From Laetmonice hystrix (Eukaryota), in contig OZ249439.1 in the NCBI GenBank assembly GCA_965235115.1, positions 2,728,001 to 2,792,000 on the forward strand: a stretch of DNA of 64,000 bases, given 5' to 3'. The notes under the pieces were generated by a model. That model ran no database searches. It had not been told where the DNA came from and was given only the letters and a program-made list of their open reading frames with translations. Below, piece after piece: positions 12,773-26,255 of the stretch. The position numbers were made by a program, and so were the translations under genes. Within the stretch, counting starts at the first letter, position 1. Every line of letters begins with the position of its first letter.

Positions 12773-14246
12773 AGAGCCCTCCCACTCCCTTCCAAAAAAG
12801 GAGTTTCTATATAAGAGTAAACACTCCCATCGGCCGGTCCCCCCCCGGCCGAGCGGTCAGCTGTAAGATTGGACGCGGTGGGCGCCCCCTGGCGGCGGGG
12901 TCTAAGGCCGTCTGAGGCCGGCCTCGATTCCGTCTTCCGCCTCCTGCTCCACCAGACATTTCCCACACTGGTCCGGCGGTCCTCAGGACAACTGAGGTTA
13001 CTCGGTACTTGACAGACGCCAGGGTGTTATAGGTGCCAGGATATAATATTCACGGTGCCATCGTCAGAGAGGAGATAATGGTTCTCAGCAATCTCATTCA
13101 CTTTGTCTATTCACATATATAGGTTTCAAGGAAACTCCCATGCGGGCGGAATGACCTAAATTTAACAAGCACTATTAACATAGTTTCCCTGTTCTGGTCT
13201 ATTTATGGACCACATAAGGGGAGAGGGTATTCTTACTATTACAGGTAGCTGGGGAAGTCTTCATGGCGGGTCCTCGCACAACAAACCTCTCTGTGTACAT
13301 GTATATTAATTATTATATATAATGATAAATTATATAATGAGTGAAGATGTGGTAAAAACTGCAGCAGAATTTATCTACACTTGTTATAGTAAACGGAAGG
13401 AATTTATTTATAATTAGCTATGTGTTTTAAGGCGCAGAATGATACTTAAGCACTGTTCCCTATTATTACGTTCATGTATACCTTGTCTGTGACTTATAAG
13501 CCCAGACTGGGCTGGGTATACAAAGTTTTAACTGATGTATACAAGTCACGTTAATAAAAATTTACCTACCTACCTACCTACCTGTATACGAGTAACATGG
13601 TTCAGCAACGTTTGACACCGATAAAATCTCCGTGTCACACGGGCCAGAAAGTTGGCGGCTGTTGGGGTTGTAATTTCGGGTTGCGTGGAGGCCATGGTTT
13701 TGAAAAGAAGCCTCAAAATCATGAAACTATCTGTGGGACAAAGAGGGGTCATCGCCTTATGAATCTGGCCAAAATAGTTAGGAGCAAATTATTTGTCACT
13801 AATTATTTCGCTTTGTAACATGTGCCAAGATATTGTAACCCCCAAGGTGAAACATGGATCTGTGAGGTTAAACAACCAGTTATCTCCAGGGTACGTGACA
13901 GGGTCCATTGGCATGGTCCGATACCCGTGCCGTCCTACTGTCGTATTAACTGGGCCCGGTGGGGATCGTACTACCTCACTGTTTACCTTCGCCAGACCAC
14001 CCACAGAGAGATCCCCCAACATAAACCGACGAAATTGTATAAAAAGTAAGTGAGCTAGGCTCCTGAATCGGCTGCTGGTCTGCCCTTGTGAAGTTCGTCA
14101 CTGACCAAGGTGGAGGCCACCGTTACATCGAAAATCTTTCCCAAAATCAACGACATGAACAAGTGACCCATATTTTTTATGCATATGGTTTGAAATGCCA
14201 GGGGGTTCGGCCCCCCTCAACATTAATTCCACATGCTTCATTGGGT

Positions 14247-17200
14247 CCTTATTTTGACCTGTCTATTTTCTGTTACAGATCTATTGTCTGATCCCCTTAT
14301 TTTGACCTGTCTATTTTCTGTTACAGATCTATTGTCTGATCCCCTTATTTTGACCTGTCTATTTTCTGTTACAGATCTATTGTCTGATCCCCTTATTTTG
14401 ACCTGTCTATTTTCTGTTACAGATCTATTATCTGATCCCCTTATTTTGACCTGTCTATTTTCTGTTACAGATCTATTGTCTGATCCCCTTATTTTGACCT
14501 GTCTATTTTCTGTTACAGATCTATTGTCTGATCCCCTTATTCTGACCTGTCTATTTTCTGTTACAGATCTATTGTCTGATCCCCTTATTTTGATATGTTT
14601 ATTACTGTTACAGATCTATTGTCTGATCCCCTTATTTTGATATGTTTATTACTGTTACAGATCTATTGTCTGATCCCTTTATTTTGACCTGTCTATTTTC
14701 TGTTTCAGATCTATTGTCTGATCCCCTTATTTTGATATGTTTATTACTGTTACAGATCTATTGTCTGATCCCCTTATTTTGATATGTTTATTACTGTTAC
14801 AGATCTATTGTCTGATCCCCTTATTTTGATATGTTTATTACTGTTACAGATCTATTGTCTGATCCCCTTATTTTGATATGTTTATTACTGTTTCAGATCT
14901 ATTGTCTGATCCCCTTATTTTGATATGTTTATTACTGTTACAGATCTATTGTCTGATCCCCTTATTTTGATATGTTTATTACTGTTACAGATCTATTGTC
15001 TGATCCCCTTATTTTGATATGTTTATTACTGTTACAGATCTATTGTCTGATCCCCTTATTTTGACCTGTCTATTTTCTGTTACAGATCTATTGTCTGATC
15101 CCCTTATTTTGATATGTTTATTACTGTTACAGATCTATTGTCTGATCCCCTTATTTTGATATGTTTATTTCTGTTACAGATCTATTGTCTGATCCCTTTA
15201 TTTTGATATGTTTATTACTGTTACAGATCTATTGTCTGATCCCCTTATTTTGATATGTTTATTACTGTTACAGATCTATTGTCTGATCCCCTTATTTTGA
15301 TATGTTTATTACTGTTACAGATCTATTGTCTGATCCCCTTATTTTGATATGTTTATTTCTGTTACAGATCTATTGTCTGATCCCTTTATTTTGATATGCC
15401 TATTTTCTGTTACAGATCTATTGTCTGATCCCCTTATTTTGACCTGTCTATTTTCTGTTACAGATTTATTGTCTGATCCCCTTATTTTGATATGCCTATT
15501 TTCTGTTACAGATCTATTATCTGATCCCCTTATTTTGACCTGTCTATTTTCTGTTACAGATTTATTGTCTGATCCCCTTATTTTGATATGCCTATTTTCT
15601 GTTACAGATCTATTGTCTGATCCCCTTATTTTGATATGTTTATTACTGTTACAGATCTATTGTCTGATCCCCTTATTTTGACCTGTCTATTTTCTGTTAC
15701 AGATCTATTGTCTGATCCCCTTATTTTGATATGTTTATTACTGTTACAGATCTATTGTCTGATCCCCTTATTTTGATATGTTTATTACTGTTACAGATCT
15801 ATTGTCTGATCCCTTTATTTTGATATGTTTATTACTGTTTCAGATCTATTGTCTGATCCCCTTATTTTGACCTGTCTATTTTCTGTTACAGATCTATTGT
15901 CTGATCCTCTTATTTTGATATGTTTATTACTGTTACAGATCTATTGTCTGATCCCCTTATTTTGACCTGTCTATTTTCTGTTACAGATCTATTGTCTGAT
16001 CCCCTTATTTTGACCTGTCTATTTGCTGTTAGAGATCGATTGTCTGGTCCCCTTATTTTGACCTGCCTATTTTCTGTTACAGATCTATTGTCTGATCCCC
16101 TTATTTTGACCTGTCTATTTGCTGTTACAGATCTATTGTCTGATCCCTTTATTTTGATATGTTTATTACTGTTACAGATCTATTGTCTGATCCCCTTATT
16201 TTGACCTGTCTATTTTCTGTTACAGATCTATTGTCTGATCCCCTTATTTTGACCTGTCTATTTTCTGTTACAGATCTATTGTCTGATCCCCTTATTTTGA
16301 CCTGTCTATTTTCTGTTACAGATCTATTGTCTGATCCCCTTATTTTGATATGTTTATTACTGTTACAGATCTATTGTCTGATCCCCTTATTTTGATATGT
16401 TTATTACTGTTACAGATCTATTGTCTGATCCCCTTCTTTTGATATGTTTATTACTGTTACAGATCTATTGTCTGATCGCCTTATTTTTGATATGTTTATT
16501 ACTGTTACATATCTATTGTCTGAACCCCTTATTTTGATATGTTTATTTTCTGTTACAGATCTATTGTCTGATCCCATTATTTTGATATGTTTATTACTGT
16601 TACATATCTATTGTCTGATCCCCTTATTTTGATATGTTTATTTTCTGTTACAGATCTATTGTCTGATCCCCTTATTTTGACCTGTCTATTTTCTGTTTCA
16701 GATCTATTGTCTGATCCCCTTATTTTGACCTGTCTATTTTCTGTTTCAGATCTATTGTCTGATCCCCTTATTTTGATATGTTTATTACTGTTACAGATCT
16801 ATTGTCTGATCCCTTTATTTTGATATGTTTATTACTGTTACAGATCTATTGTCTGATCCCTTTATTTTGATATGTTTATTACTGTTACAGATCTATTGTC
16901 TGATCCCTTTATTTTGACCTGTCTATTTTCTGTTACAGATCTATTGTCTGATCCCCTTATTTTGACCTGTCTATTTTCTGTTACAGATCTATTGTCTGAT
17001 CCCCTTATTTTGACCTGTCTATTTTCTGTTTCAGATCTATTGTCTGATCCCCTTATTTTGATATGTTTATTTCTGTTACAGATCTATTGTCTGATCCCCT
17101 TATTTTGATATGTTTATTTTCTGTTACAGATCTATTGTCTGATCCCCTTATTTTGACCTGCCTATTTTCTGTTACAGATCTATTGTCTGATCCCCTTATT

Positions 17201-18843
17201 TTGACCTGCCTATTTTCTGTTACAGATCTATTGTCTGATCCCCTTATTTTGACCTGTCTATTTTCTGTTACAGATCTATTGTCTGATCCCCTTATTTTGA
17301 TATGTTTATTACTGTTACAGATCTATTGTCTGATCCCCTTATTTTGATATGTTTATTACTGTTACAGATCTATTGTCTGATCCCCTTATTTTGATATGTT
17401 TATTACTGTTACAGATCTATTGTCTGATCCCCTTATTTTGATATGTTTATTACTGTTACAGATCTATTGTCTGATCCCCTTATTTTGATATGTTTATTAC
17501 TGTTACAGATCTATTGTCTAATCCCCTTATTTTGACCTGTCTATTTTCTGTTACATATCTATTGTCTGATCCCCTTATTTTGATATGTTTATTACTGTTA
17601 CAGATCTATTGTCTGATCCCTTTATTTTGACCTGTCTATTTTCTGTTACAGATCTATTGTCTGATCCCCTTATTTTGACCTGTCTATTTTCTGTTACAGA
17701 TCTATTGTCTGATCCCCTTATTTTGACCTGTCTATTTTCTGTTTCAGATCTATTGTCTGATCCCCTTATTTTGATATGTTTATTTCTGTTACAGATCTAT
17801 TGTCTGATCCCCTTATTTTGATATGTTTATTTTCTGTTACAGATCTATTGTCTGATCCCCTTATTTTGACCTGCCTATTTTCTGTTACAGATCTATTGTC
17901 TGATCCCCTTATTTTGACCTGCCTATTTTCTGTTACAGATCTATTGTCTGATCCCCTTATTTTGACCTGTCTATTTTCTGTTACAGATCTATTGTCTGAT
18001 CCCCTTATTTTGATATGTTTATTACTGTTACAGATCTATTGTCTGATCCCCTTATTTTGATATGTTTATTACTGTTACAGATCTATTGTCTGATCCCCTT
18101 ATTTTGACCTGCCCATTTTCTGTTACAGATCTATTGTCTGATCCCCTTATTTTGACCTGTCTATTTTCTGTTACAGATCTATTGTCTGATCCCCTTATTT
18201 TGACCTGCCCATTTTCTGTTACAGATCTATTGTCTAATCCCCTTATTTTGACCTGTCTATTTTCTGTTACAGATCTATTGTCTGATCCCTTTATTTTGAT
18301 ATGTTTATTTCTGTTACAGATCTATTGTCTGATCCCCTTATTTTGACCTGCCCATTTTCTGTTACAGATCTATTGTCTGATCCCCTTATTTTGACCTGTC
18401 TATTTTCTGTTACAGATCTATTGTCTGATCCCCTTATTTTGACCTGTCTATTTTCTGTTACAGATCTATTGTCTGATCCCCTTATTTTGACCTGTCTATT
18501 TTCTGTTACAGATCTATTGTCTGATCCCCTTATTTTGATATGTTTATTACTGTTACAGATCTATTGTCTGATCCCCTTATTTTGACCTGTCTATTTTCTG
18601 TTACAGATCTATTGTCTGATCCTCTTATTTTGATATGTTTATTACTGTTACAGATCTATTGTCTGATCCCCTTATTTTGACCTGTCTATTTTCTGTTACA
18701 GATCTATTGTCTGATCCCCTTATTTTGATATGTTTATTTCTGTTACAGATCTATTGTCTGATCCCCTTATTTTGACCTGTCTATTTTCTGTTACAGATCT
18801 ATTGTCTGATCCCCTTATTTTGATGTGTTTATTTCTGTTTCAG
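14247..18843 (+). repeat. 47/48-bp array spanning a splice acceptor, ~97 copies
   Basis: ttattttgacctgtctattttctgttacag|atctattgtctgatcccc and a 47-bp variant; ends at the acceptor of exon 18844. Confidence 0.95.
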
Positions 18844-18939
18844 ATTTATTGCCTTATATGTCTGACCTGTCGGTACCGAGCCCTCCGCCCTGCCATGCAG
18901 GAGACGCCGTGTACATATGTCTTTCCAAGCCCCGAGCAG
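18844..18939 (+). CDS. 4-TM gene 1, end of TM4 exon
   Basis: tttctgtttcag|ATT...CAG|gtcagt; 96 nt, phase 0-0; IYCLICLTCRYRALRPAMQETPCTYVFPSPEQ; matches gene 2 AYCVLCVVSQLQAL. Confidence 0.8.
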
Positions 18940-19008
18940 GTCAGTGACCCTAGCAGGTCATCGCCATGGTAACATTAGGCCTACCATGAAATTGGGTATA
19001 TAATTTAT

Positions 19009-19228
19009 GGTAACTTAAACCCCACAAAATTTGATTAGAAGTAAATTAATGGCAACCAAAATAATTGTCCCCCTTTTTTGGAATGACCCATATAGACATG
19101 CATATCACTATCCCTAGCCCTGACCTTATCCCTAACCCCTAACACCGGTCCCTAGACCTCCCAAAAACATATCCCTACGCCTGACCTTAACCCCAACCCC
19201 TACCCAAAATTTTTGCGGGAAAGTTACC
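19009..19228. mobile_element. MITE family with GGTAACTT...AAGTTACC ends, copy 1
   Basis: Short TIRs and internal cctaacc/ccttatcc motifs; homologous in inverse orientation to 33280-33452. Confidence 0.65.
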
Positions 19229-19294
19229 ATGAATTAATAACACGAAATTGTTATAAGTAGGTGATGTGGGTGATGTAGCTCTACGTGGTAGCTA

Positions 19295-19664
19295 CAGTCT
19301 GTCCGCGCTAACTTGAGTCAACTGCATATTCATGCAAGTTCAGCTTTTTTGACTGCCGGTTGCCGGCCAATGGGTGTAGGGGGGGGGGGGCACATGGTTT
19401 GACCACACTGGTTTGACAGGTCCCTCCCGTCCCCCATTGGCCGGTATTGGGTTACGTCAGCACTGGGCCAACCCCCACCGGTAATGAGACCCGGCTCATG
19501 TCGGGGAATGGCCGTGACGTCATCAAAATGAGCGATAACAGATGCTAACCCTAACCCTAACGTTACCTAACCCTCATTATCGCTCATTTGGTGACGTCAC
19601 GGCCATTCCCCGACTTGTGCCCGAGACCCCGTCTGGGCTCAAGTTAACTAACGGGGACAGACTG
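19295..19664. mobile_element. Tc1/mariner-like MITE with an internal hairpin
   Basis: TA|CAGTCTGTCC...GGACAGACTG|TA; ~38-bp internal inverted arms at 19500-19614 flank ctaacc repeats. Confidence 0.75.
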
Positions 19665-19774
19665 TAGGACTTAGAGAGTCGACGTTGTATAATGTTGTCT
19701 AAAGCAATCTTTATAACGTAGGCTTAAGCAGTTGTGACTTCGTTTATAATATTTGGCTCGTTCTACTTGCACAG

Positions 19775-20257
19775 TGTGAGCGCCGGCCCAGACTACAGAA
19801 AGATTTGATAACTATCATGGAATCTGCATTCAAACAGTCATCACAGAACGTAACAGCAAACACCCTCATCGTCATGCCATCACTACCTCCACCGCCATAT
19901 GCAAAAACACCGCCGCCTTACGGAGATCACGCGAAACATCGCGGTCGTCCTGAGACTTCGCGAGTAGTTGTTGAATACACACCGCGTGACACGTCTCACC
20001 AGGGGCGGAGAGGAACAGATGGTGCTCGACTGACAGACTTGAAACGAGGCGAAATCACATTTTTAAAGGAGCACCATAACTGTCAGTGCGATGGCTACCA
20101 CGAACGCCGGTCGGATACGAAACTGCGGCACGGGACTGTTGTCTGGGACGATAGTGACCCAGAAAACGATGATCGACAAGTTATATGTAATGACGCCACG
20201 ATATATCGAAACCCAATGATACATGACACAAATCGTACATACACTGCATCGGAATGA
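19775..20257 (+). CDS. 4-TM gene 1, terminal exon: cytosolic tail with two PPPY motifs
   Basis: ttctacttgcacag|TGT GAG is in frame with ORF 19805-20257; contains LPPPPYAKTPPPY; ends at TGA 20255-20257. Confidence 0.85.
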   Translation, partial: CERRPRLQKDLITIMESAFKQSSQNVTANTLIVMPSLPPPPYAKTPPPYGDHAKHRGRPETSRVVVEYTPRDTSHQGRRGTDGARLTDLKRGEITFLKEHHNCQCDGYHERRSDTKLRHGTVVWDDSDPENDDRQVICNDATIYRNPMIHDTNRTYTASE

Positions 20258-21741
20258 CGTGTAAATATTTGCCGTACATGGATTTTTTGTCATCATTTTC
20301 ATTCTGAGAACTTGTGACGTACGGTTATCTGTAATCATGCGGGTATTTTTGCCTTCCACATGAACCAGTTATCAGTTGCACCAGTATTTATCAGAGTCGG
20401 ATTGAAAGGAACCCCCAGTTGTAGCTAATCCATAGCGGATGATTAGGGTGTATTCTGTCTTATTCTGACAAAAACAAGTACAGACCTCATCAACGTCGTC
20501 ACAAATTTCATTAAAGGCTATAAACAGGCCACAAATCGATGGAGAATTCAGCGAGAAACCAAGTCATTAATTATACAACACCTGATATTGCTGTTACCTT
20601 AATGTCGCAGACGGTCACTTCGGTGGTCTTTTAGCATTTATTATCTCTCCATTAAATCATGATATATCTTACACAGAACGATTGTCACCACCACATAGTG
20701 CAGGGCCGTAGCAGAATGTAGAGAAATAAACTTTTCTTTCCATTTTGTTCTGGGTGGGAGAGTATGTACCCGACCCCGTAACATAGCTTTGCAGCTGCGG
20801 TGGTTGCAGGCACTTCGTTGCGCCCATACTTTCCTAAAAGCTAACTACACACCTGATGGCTAAATATATACTATAGATCGACAGGGCTCGATGTTTCATT
20901 CAGGCAGAGCTAGGCTACTGACATTTTTTCACACGTCAGTGAGTCGCAAAACAAAAGACCCAACAATAGAGCGTCTAACAATGGTTTGTCCCTGCGACTG
21001 GCACTCTTATTTGCATATCAAATAGGTATCAAGACATGGACACGTGACTGCAATGTGGAGAGGGAGCACACCTCGCGATTTTGCTGGGAGATTTTCAAAA
21101 TATCTGTTTATGTTCACTAAAACAAATTTTACAGACGTAAAATGTCTATCAAAATTTGCTTTTAATCTTTATGTAAGACCTGTAGTACTTGAATACTTTA
21201 AATTTCGGCGGAACTTTGTTTTTATCCTAGCATAACGTTAAGTGTATGTGCACACCCTTTCAGTGGTCCTCGACCTGGAGGGGGATATATAAAGCAATTA
21301 CCACCACTGTAGGAATGTAGGGAACAGCGAGGCACCGGTCTCCACGTTCGGTCGTAGTCTGGAAACAGACGCTGTTGAAAACCTGACAGTACGAAGAGTT
21401 CGGCTCGGTTGGTATGTGTCCACTTTGAGAGGTGAGGGTGTAACTCGGCGATAAGTGTGACACAACTCTTCTAAAGGGATGTAGCAATACAACCCGTACC
21501 CCGTCAGTGGGCTCAATCTGCGGCAAGGTTCCAAATCAGTTGTCTCTCAATGGGTTATCGTGTGTCTCCAGACGCCAGATCTTCGAACGGTATAGGACTT
21601 GGACCAAGCCTCAGTTCCCCCCTTTTTTAGATGCTCTCAATTTATAGTTACTCTCAGCTCGATACAAGTGATAGTAAAAAGTGTCCGGAGACACTCTAGC
21701 CCCAGAACTGATTTCTGCGTGATCATCTCAGGTGCCATCGG

Positions 21742-22130
21742 CAGGGGCGCCGGAAGCAAATTATTATTGGGGGGGGGGGGGGGGGCAAGAGAGCTGAAGC
21801 GAAAGTCATAGGCTACAACGTGTTTAGGTCAGAGGCCCTTCCCGAGAAAATTTTGAAAACTACACACCTTAAAACGCTTTTCTACACCATTTTGAGGCAG
21901 GATTTTTTATGATTTGAAGACGTGAATGAATAGGTTACAATGTGTTATTAGGACAATCGACCCAGTCTTTGAGGCACCCAAGTCATGGTTTCAACAGGCC
22001 TACTGTATGTGGAAAAACCTGCTTTTTTAAATTCATGATCACAGATTATTGGGGTGGGGGCGATGCCCCCCCCAACCAGATTATTGAGGGGGCGGTCGCC
22101 CCCTGCCCCCCCCCGCTTCTGGCGCCTATG
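21742..22130. mobile_element. hAT-type MITE
   Basis: 16-bp TIRs (caggggcgccggaagc / gcttctggcgcctatg) and a perfect 8-bp TSD gccatcgg at 21734-21741 and 22131-22138. Confidence 0.85.
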
Positions 22131-23217
22131 GCCATCGGTCGCTGGAATATCACAATACACAGACCCAAGCTTCTGTGCCCCGATTCTATGCGGCAGTCGA
22201 AGGATAAATCAAGTATAAATTGAAAACTATCATGATATGCATAGTATTATTTGTTGTGTATCGTGATACTGTCATATCGTGAAACGAGTCTATCGTTTCA
22301 GCCCTAATAAATCCCATGAGAGGGACGACGACCTAACTTTTTTTTTTTACAAAACGCGATATTCTTTAATCGATCTCTTGCAGACCGGCAGAAGATAATG
22401 CCGGTCGCTTGCTCTAGCTGAATACCCCAGACGCGCGCTGGCCACGGTAAAACTGCACTTCACACGGAAGGTCAATAGAAAACAACCACTCGTGCCATTT
22501 TATTGCCCAATAGAATAGGGTGTCTAAGTGGGTCAAGAGAAAACATGAGAAAACCCGAGAGGGTACCTGATGTGACTGAGGTTTTTTCGTTTCCAAGCGT
22601 TATTTAGTGAGTATTGCATGATAGCGCGATTTCGAGATGACGCTATGGTTTGGAAATATGCCATCCCCTAAGCTTCGAGCTTAGACTGAATGAAGGCGTC
22701 GATACTTTGCGTCATCACACTGTTATAACGCGAAACATTGACAAGATTTAGACCGGATGGCGAGGATTTCAATATGTTTTAATAATGTCCCTTTACGTAC
22801 TCTTTGACATGTGCACATTTGCCACTAGCTAGTAAAATGAATACAATACCGTCTGAACTAATCAATTAATCAATTAAAATATCCAACTTTGAATTATTGA
22901 AATGAACTAAGAATTTATAACACTAGAATATGCCCTCATCATTATCTGTTCCCAACATCTGGTCCTTAATCCCATTCTAATGACTATAAACAATTTTCAG
23001 ATATTGCATAAAATAAATAATTGCTAATAAGATTGTGTGGATGCATCTTTAAAGCTCATCAAACAGGATTTAATGGCTGACCCTACAAAGTGATCTCTTA
23101 ACTCTTATCTCAGGTCGGATTCGTAATGAGTGTTTCTCTTCCCAAGTATTCTATGTTATAAATCTCTGGGTCCCGTTATACGGAGACAACATTAGTGATA
23201 CATGGTCAGTCGGTGCG

Positions 23218-25291
23218 AACATTGGTGACATATAACAGGCCTGGTGGGATTGACAGAAACACGGTCCCAGTCTAACATTGGTGACATATAACAGGCCTGG
23301 TGGGATTCACAGAAACACGGTCCCAGTCTAACCTTAGTGACATATAACAGGCGTGGTGGGATCCACAGAAACACGGTCCCAGTCTAACATTGGTGACATA
23401 TAACAGGCCTGGTGGGATTCACAGAAACACAGCCCCAGTCTAACATTGATGACATATAACAGGCCTGGTGGGATTCACAGAAACACAGCCACAGTCTAAC
23501 ATTGGTGACATATAACAGGCCTGGTGGGATCCACAGAAACACGGTCCCAGTCTAACATTGGTGACATATAACAGGCCTGGTGGGATCCACAGAAACACGG
23601 TCCCAGTCTAACATTGGTGACATATAACAGGCCTGGTGGGATCCACAGAAACACGGTCCCAGTCTAACATTGGTGACATATAACAGGCCTGGTGGGATCC
23701 ATATAAACACAACCCCAGACTAACATTGGTGACATATAACAGGCCTGGTGGGATCCACATAAAGACAGCCCCAGTCTAACATTGGTGACATATAACAGGC
23801 CTGGTGGGATCCATAGAAACACAACCTCAGACTAACATTGGTGACATATAACAGGCCTGGTGGGATCCAGAGAAACACGACCCCAGACTAACATTGGTGA
23901 CATATAACAGGCCTGGTGGGATCCAGAGAAACACAGCCCCTGTCTAACATTGGTGACATATAACAGGCCTGGTGGGATCCACATAAAGACAGCCCCAGTC
24001 TAACATTGGTGACATATAACAGGCCTGGTGGGATTCATAGAAACACAACCTCAGACTAACATTGGTGACATATAACAGGCCTGGTGGGATCCACATAAAG
24101 ACAGCCCCTGTCTAACATTGGTGACATATAACAGGCCTGGTGGGATCCATAGAAACACAACCTCAGACTAACATTGGTGACATATAACAGGCCTGGTGGG
24201 ATCCACAGAAACACGACCCCAGTCTAACATTGGTGACATATAACAGGCCTGGTGGGATTCACAGAAACACAGCCCCAGTCTAACCTTAGTGACATATAAC
24301 AGGCCTGGTGGGATCCACAGAAACACGGTCCCAGTCTAACATTGGTGACATATAACGGGCCTGGTGGGATTCACAGAAACACAGCCCCAGTCTAACATTG
24401 GTGACATATAACGGGCCTGGTGGGATTCACAGAAACACAGTCCCAGTCTAACATTGGTGACATATAACAGGCCTGGTGGGATCCACAGAAACACGGTCCC
24501 AGTCTAACATTGGTGACATATAACGGGCCTGGTGGGATTCACAGAAACACAGCCCCAGTCTAACATTGGTGACATATAACAGGCCTGGTGGGATCCACAG
24601 AAACACGGTCCCAGTCTAACATTGGTGACATATAACAGGCCTTGTGGGATCCACAGAAACACGGTCCCAGTCTAACATTGGTGACATATAACAGGCCTGG
24701 TGGGATTCACAGAAACACGGTCCCAGTCTAACATTGGTGACATATAACAGACCTGGTGGGATCCACAGAAACACGGTCCTAGTCTAACATTGGTGACATA
24801 TAACAGACCTGGTGGGATCCACAGAAACACGGTCCCAGTCTAACATTGGTGACATATAACAGGCCTGGTGGGATTCACAGAAACACGGTCCCAGTCTAAC
24901 ATTGGTGACATATAACAGGCCTGGTGGGATCCACAGAAACACGGTCCCAGTCTAACATTGGTGACATATAACAGGCCTGGTGGGATCCACAGAAACACGG
25001 TCCCAGTCTAACATTGGTGACATATAACAGGCCTGGTGGGATCCATAGAAACACAACCTCAGACTCACATTGGTGACATATAACAGGCCTGGTGGGATCC
25101 ACAGAAACACAGCCCCTGTCTAACATTGGTGACATATAACAGGCCTGGTGGGATCCATAGAAACACAACCTCAGACTCACATTGGTGACATATAACAGGC
25201 CTGGTGGGATCCACAGAAACACGACCCCAGTCTAACATTGGTGACATATAACAGGCCTGGTGGGATCCACATAAACACGGTCCCAGTCTAA
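23218..25291. repeat. 56-bp intergenic minisatellite, ~37 copies
   Basis: cacagaaacacggtcccagtctaacattggtgacatataacaggcctggtgggatc. Confidence 0.95.
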
Positions 25292-26237
25292 ATGACAATT
25301 TAGAGTTTTCTTTGAGGAGCTGTCGTTAAACCATCCTTGCACACGAATACCCACTTCCGCTGCCAGTTTCTTCTCTTTTCGACTTTTTTTTTATTTCAGT
25401 TCACGAGGACGACTTGATTAGGGTACGCAGCCGTGACAAATTCAGGACAAAACATTGTGGAATCCTATAGATAAACACCTCTCCGATAGCAAAATGGTTT
25501 AAAAACGTGTTATCTATGTTACAATGTGCTAGTACAACGTTAGTTGACCTCTGTTGGGTTCTCTGGGTCTCGTTGGCCGACGTTTCTCTGGGTCTCGTTG
25601 GCCGACGTCCAAATCTCACATCCCGACGTTAAGACCGGACTAACCAAACGAACACAGACAAAGAACGGGACGGCTTGTCGGCCAAACCGTCGGGAAATAC
25701 TGGAAAAACTATGCTGAGTCGGTCTTTGTGGGGAGTGGGGTGAGGTGGGGTACGGTGGGGCGAGGGGGAGGGGAAAGGGAAGGCGCTGTCCCTGTGGGAA
25801 TGTCGGGAGAAAATTTTTGATTCCGTGGGGAGTTTTTTTCTGGGAAGATTCAGCAGTGCGTCGAAGATAGGCCATAGTAAGCAAAAATAGAAAACCATAT
25901 TGCGATATATTTGTATGAGCTCATATCTTAGGTAGGCCTACCTTATTGATGGGGAGGCAGAGGGACAGGGAGAGGGACAGGGAGAGGGACAGGGAGAGGG
26001 CCAAGCCGTGACCGTAAGACGCTCAGTCCAGGCATATTCCAGGGGTCTGTCTTACAAACGAAGATCCAGCAAAATCCCAGATCAGGGATTTCCCCGGTGT
26101 CTTATCCAAAAGTCCCTCCATTGGGGAGTGTCCACAGCGATGCCCCCAATATGGGGATGGCCCTGATTTGGGGAGTTCTTACTCAGACAGGCCTCTGGCC
26201 TCTCCGTCATCACACCCCGTCATTTACCCCTTCTCTC

Positions 26238-26255
26238 GTCACGTGACGTCCGCCC
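26238..26255 (+). promoter_or_regulatory. CLEAR-type E-box (GTCACGTGAC) plus GC box in the gene 2 proximal promoter
   Basis: GTCACGTGAC at 26238-26247 overlaps TGACGTC and is followed by CCGCCC, ~290 nt upstream of ATG 26529. Confidence 0.45.

Noticed and set aside
13890-14045. Possible cryptic 156-nt exon (ctccag|...AAAA|gtaagt)
   Set aside because: In the required phase 0 it stops at the third codon, the acceptor is weak, and gene 2 has no counterpart. It could be a poison exon but is unsupported.
14233-18972. Many hydrophobic ORFs (LILTCLFSVTDLLSDP)n
   Set aside because: Frame artefacts of the 47/48-bp array.
19546-19575. CTAACC/TTAGGG-like runs as interstitial telomere
   Set aside because: Only a few imperfect units, all inside MITEs (also at 33310-33340).
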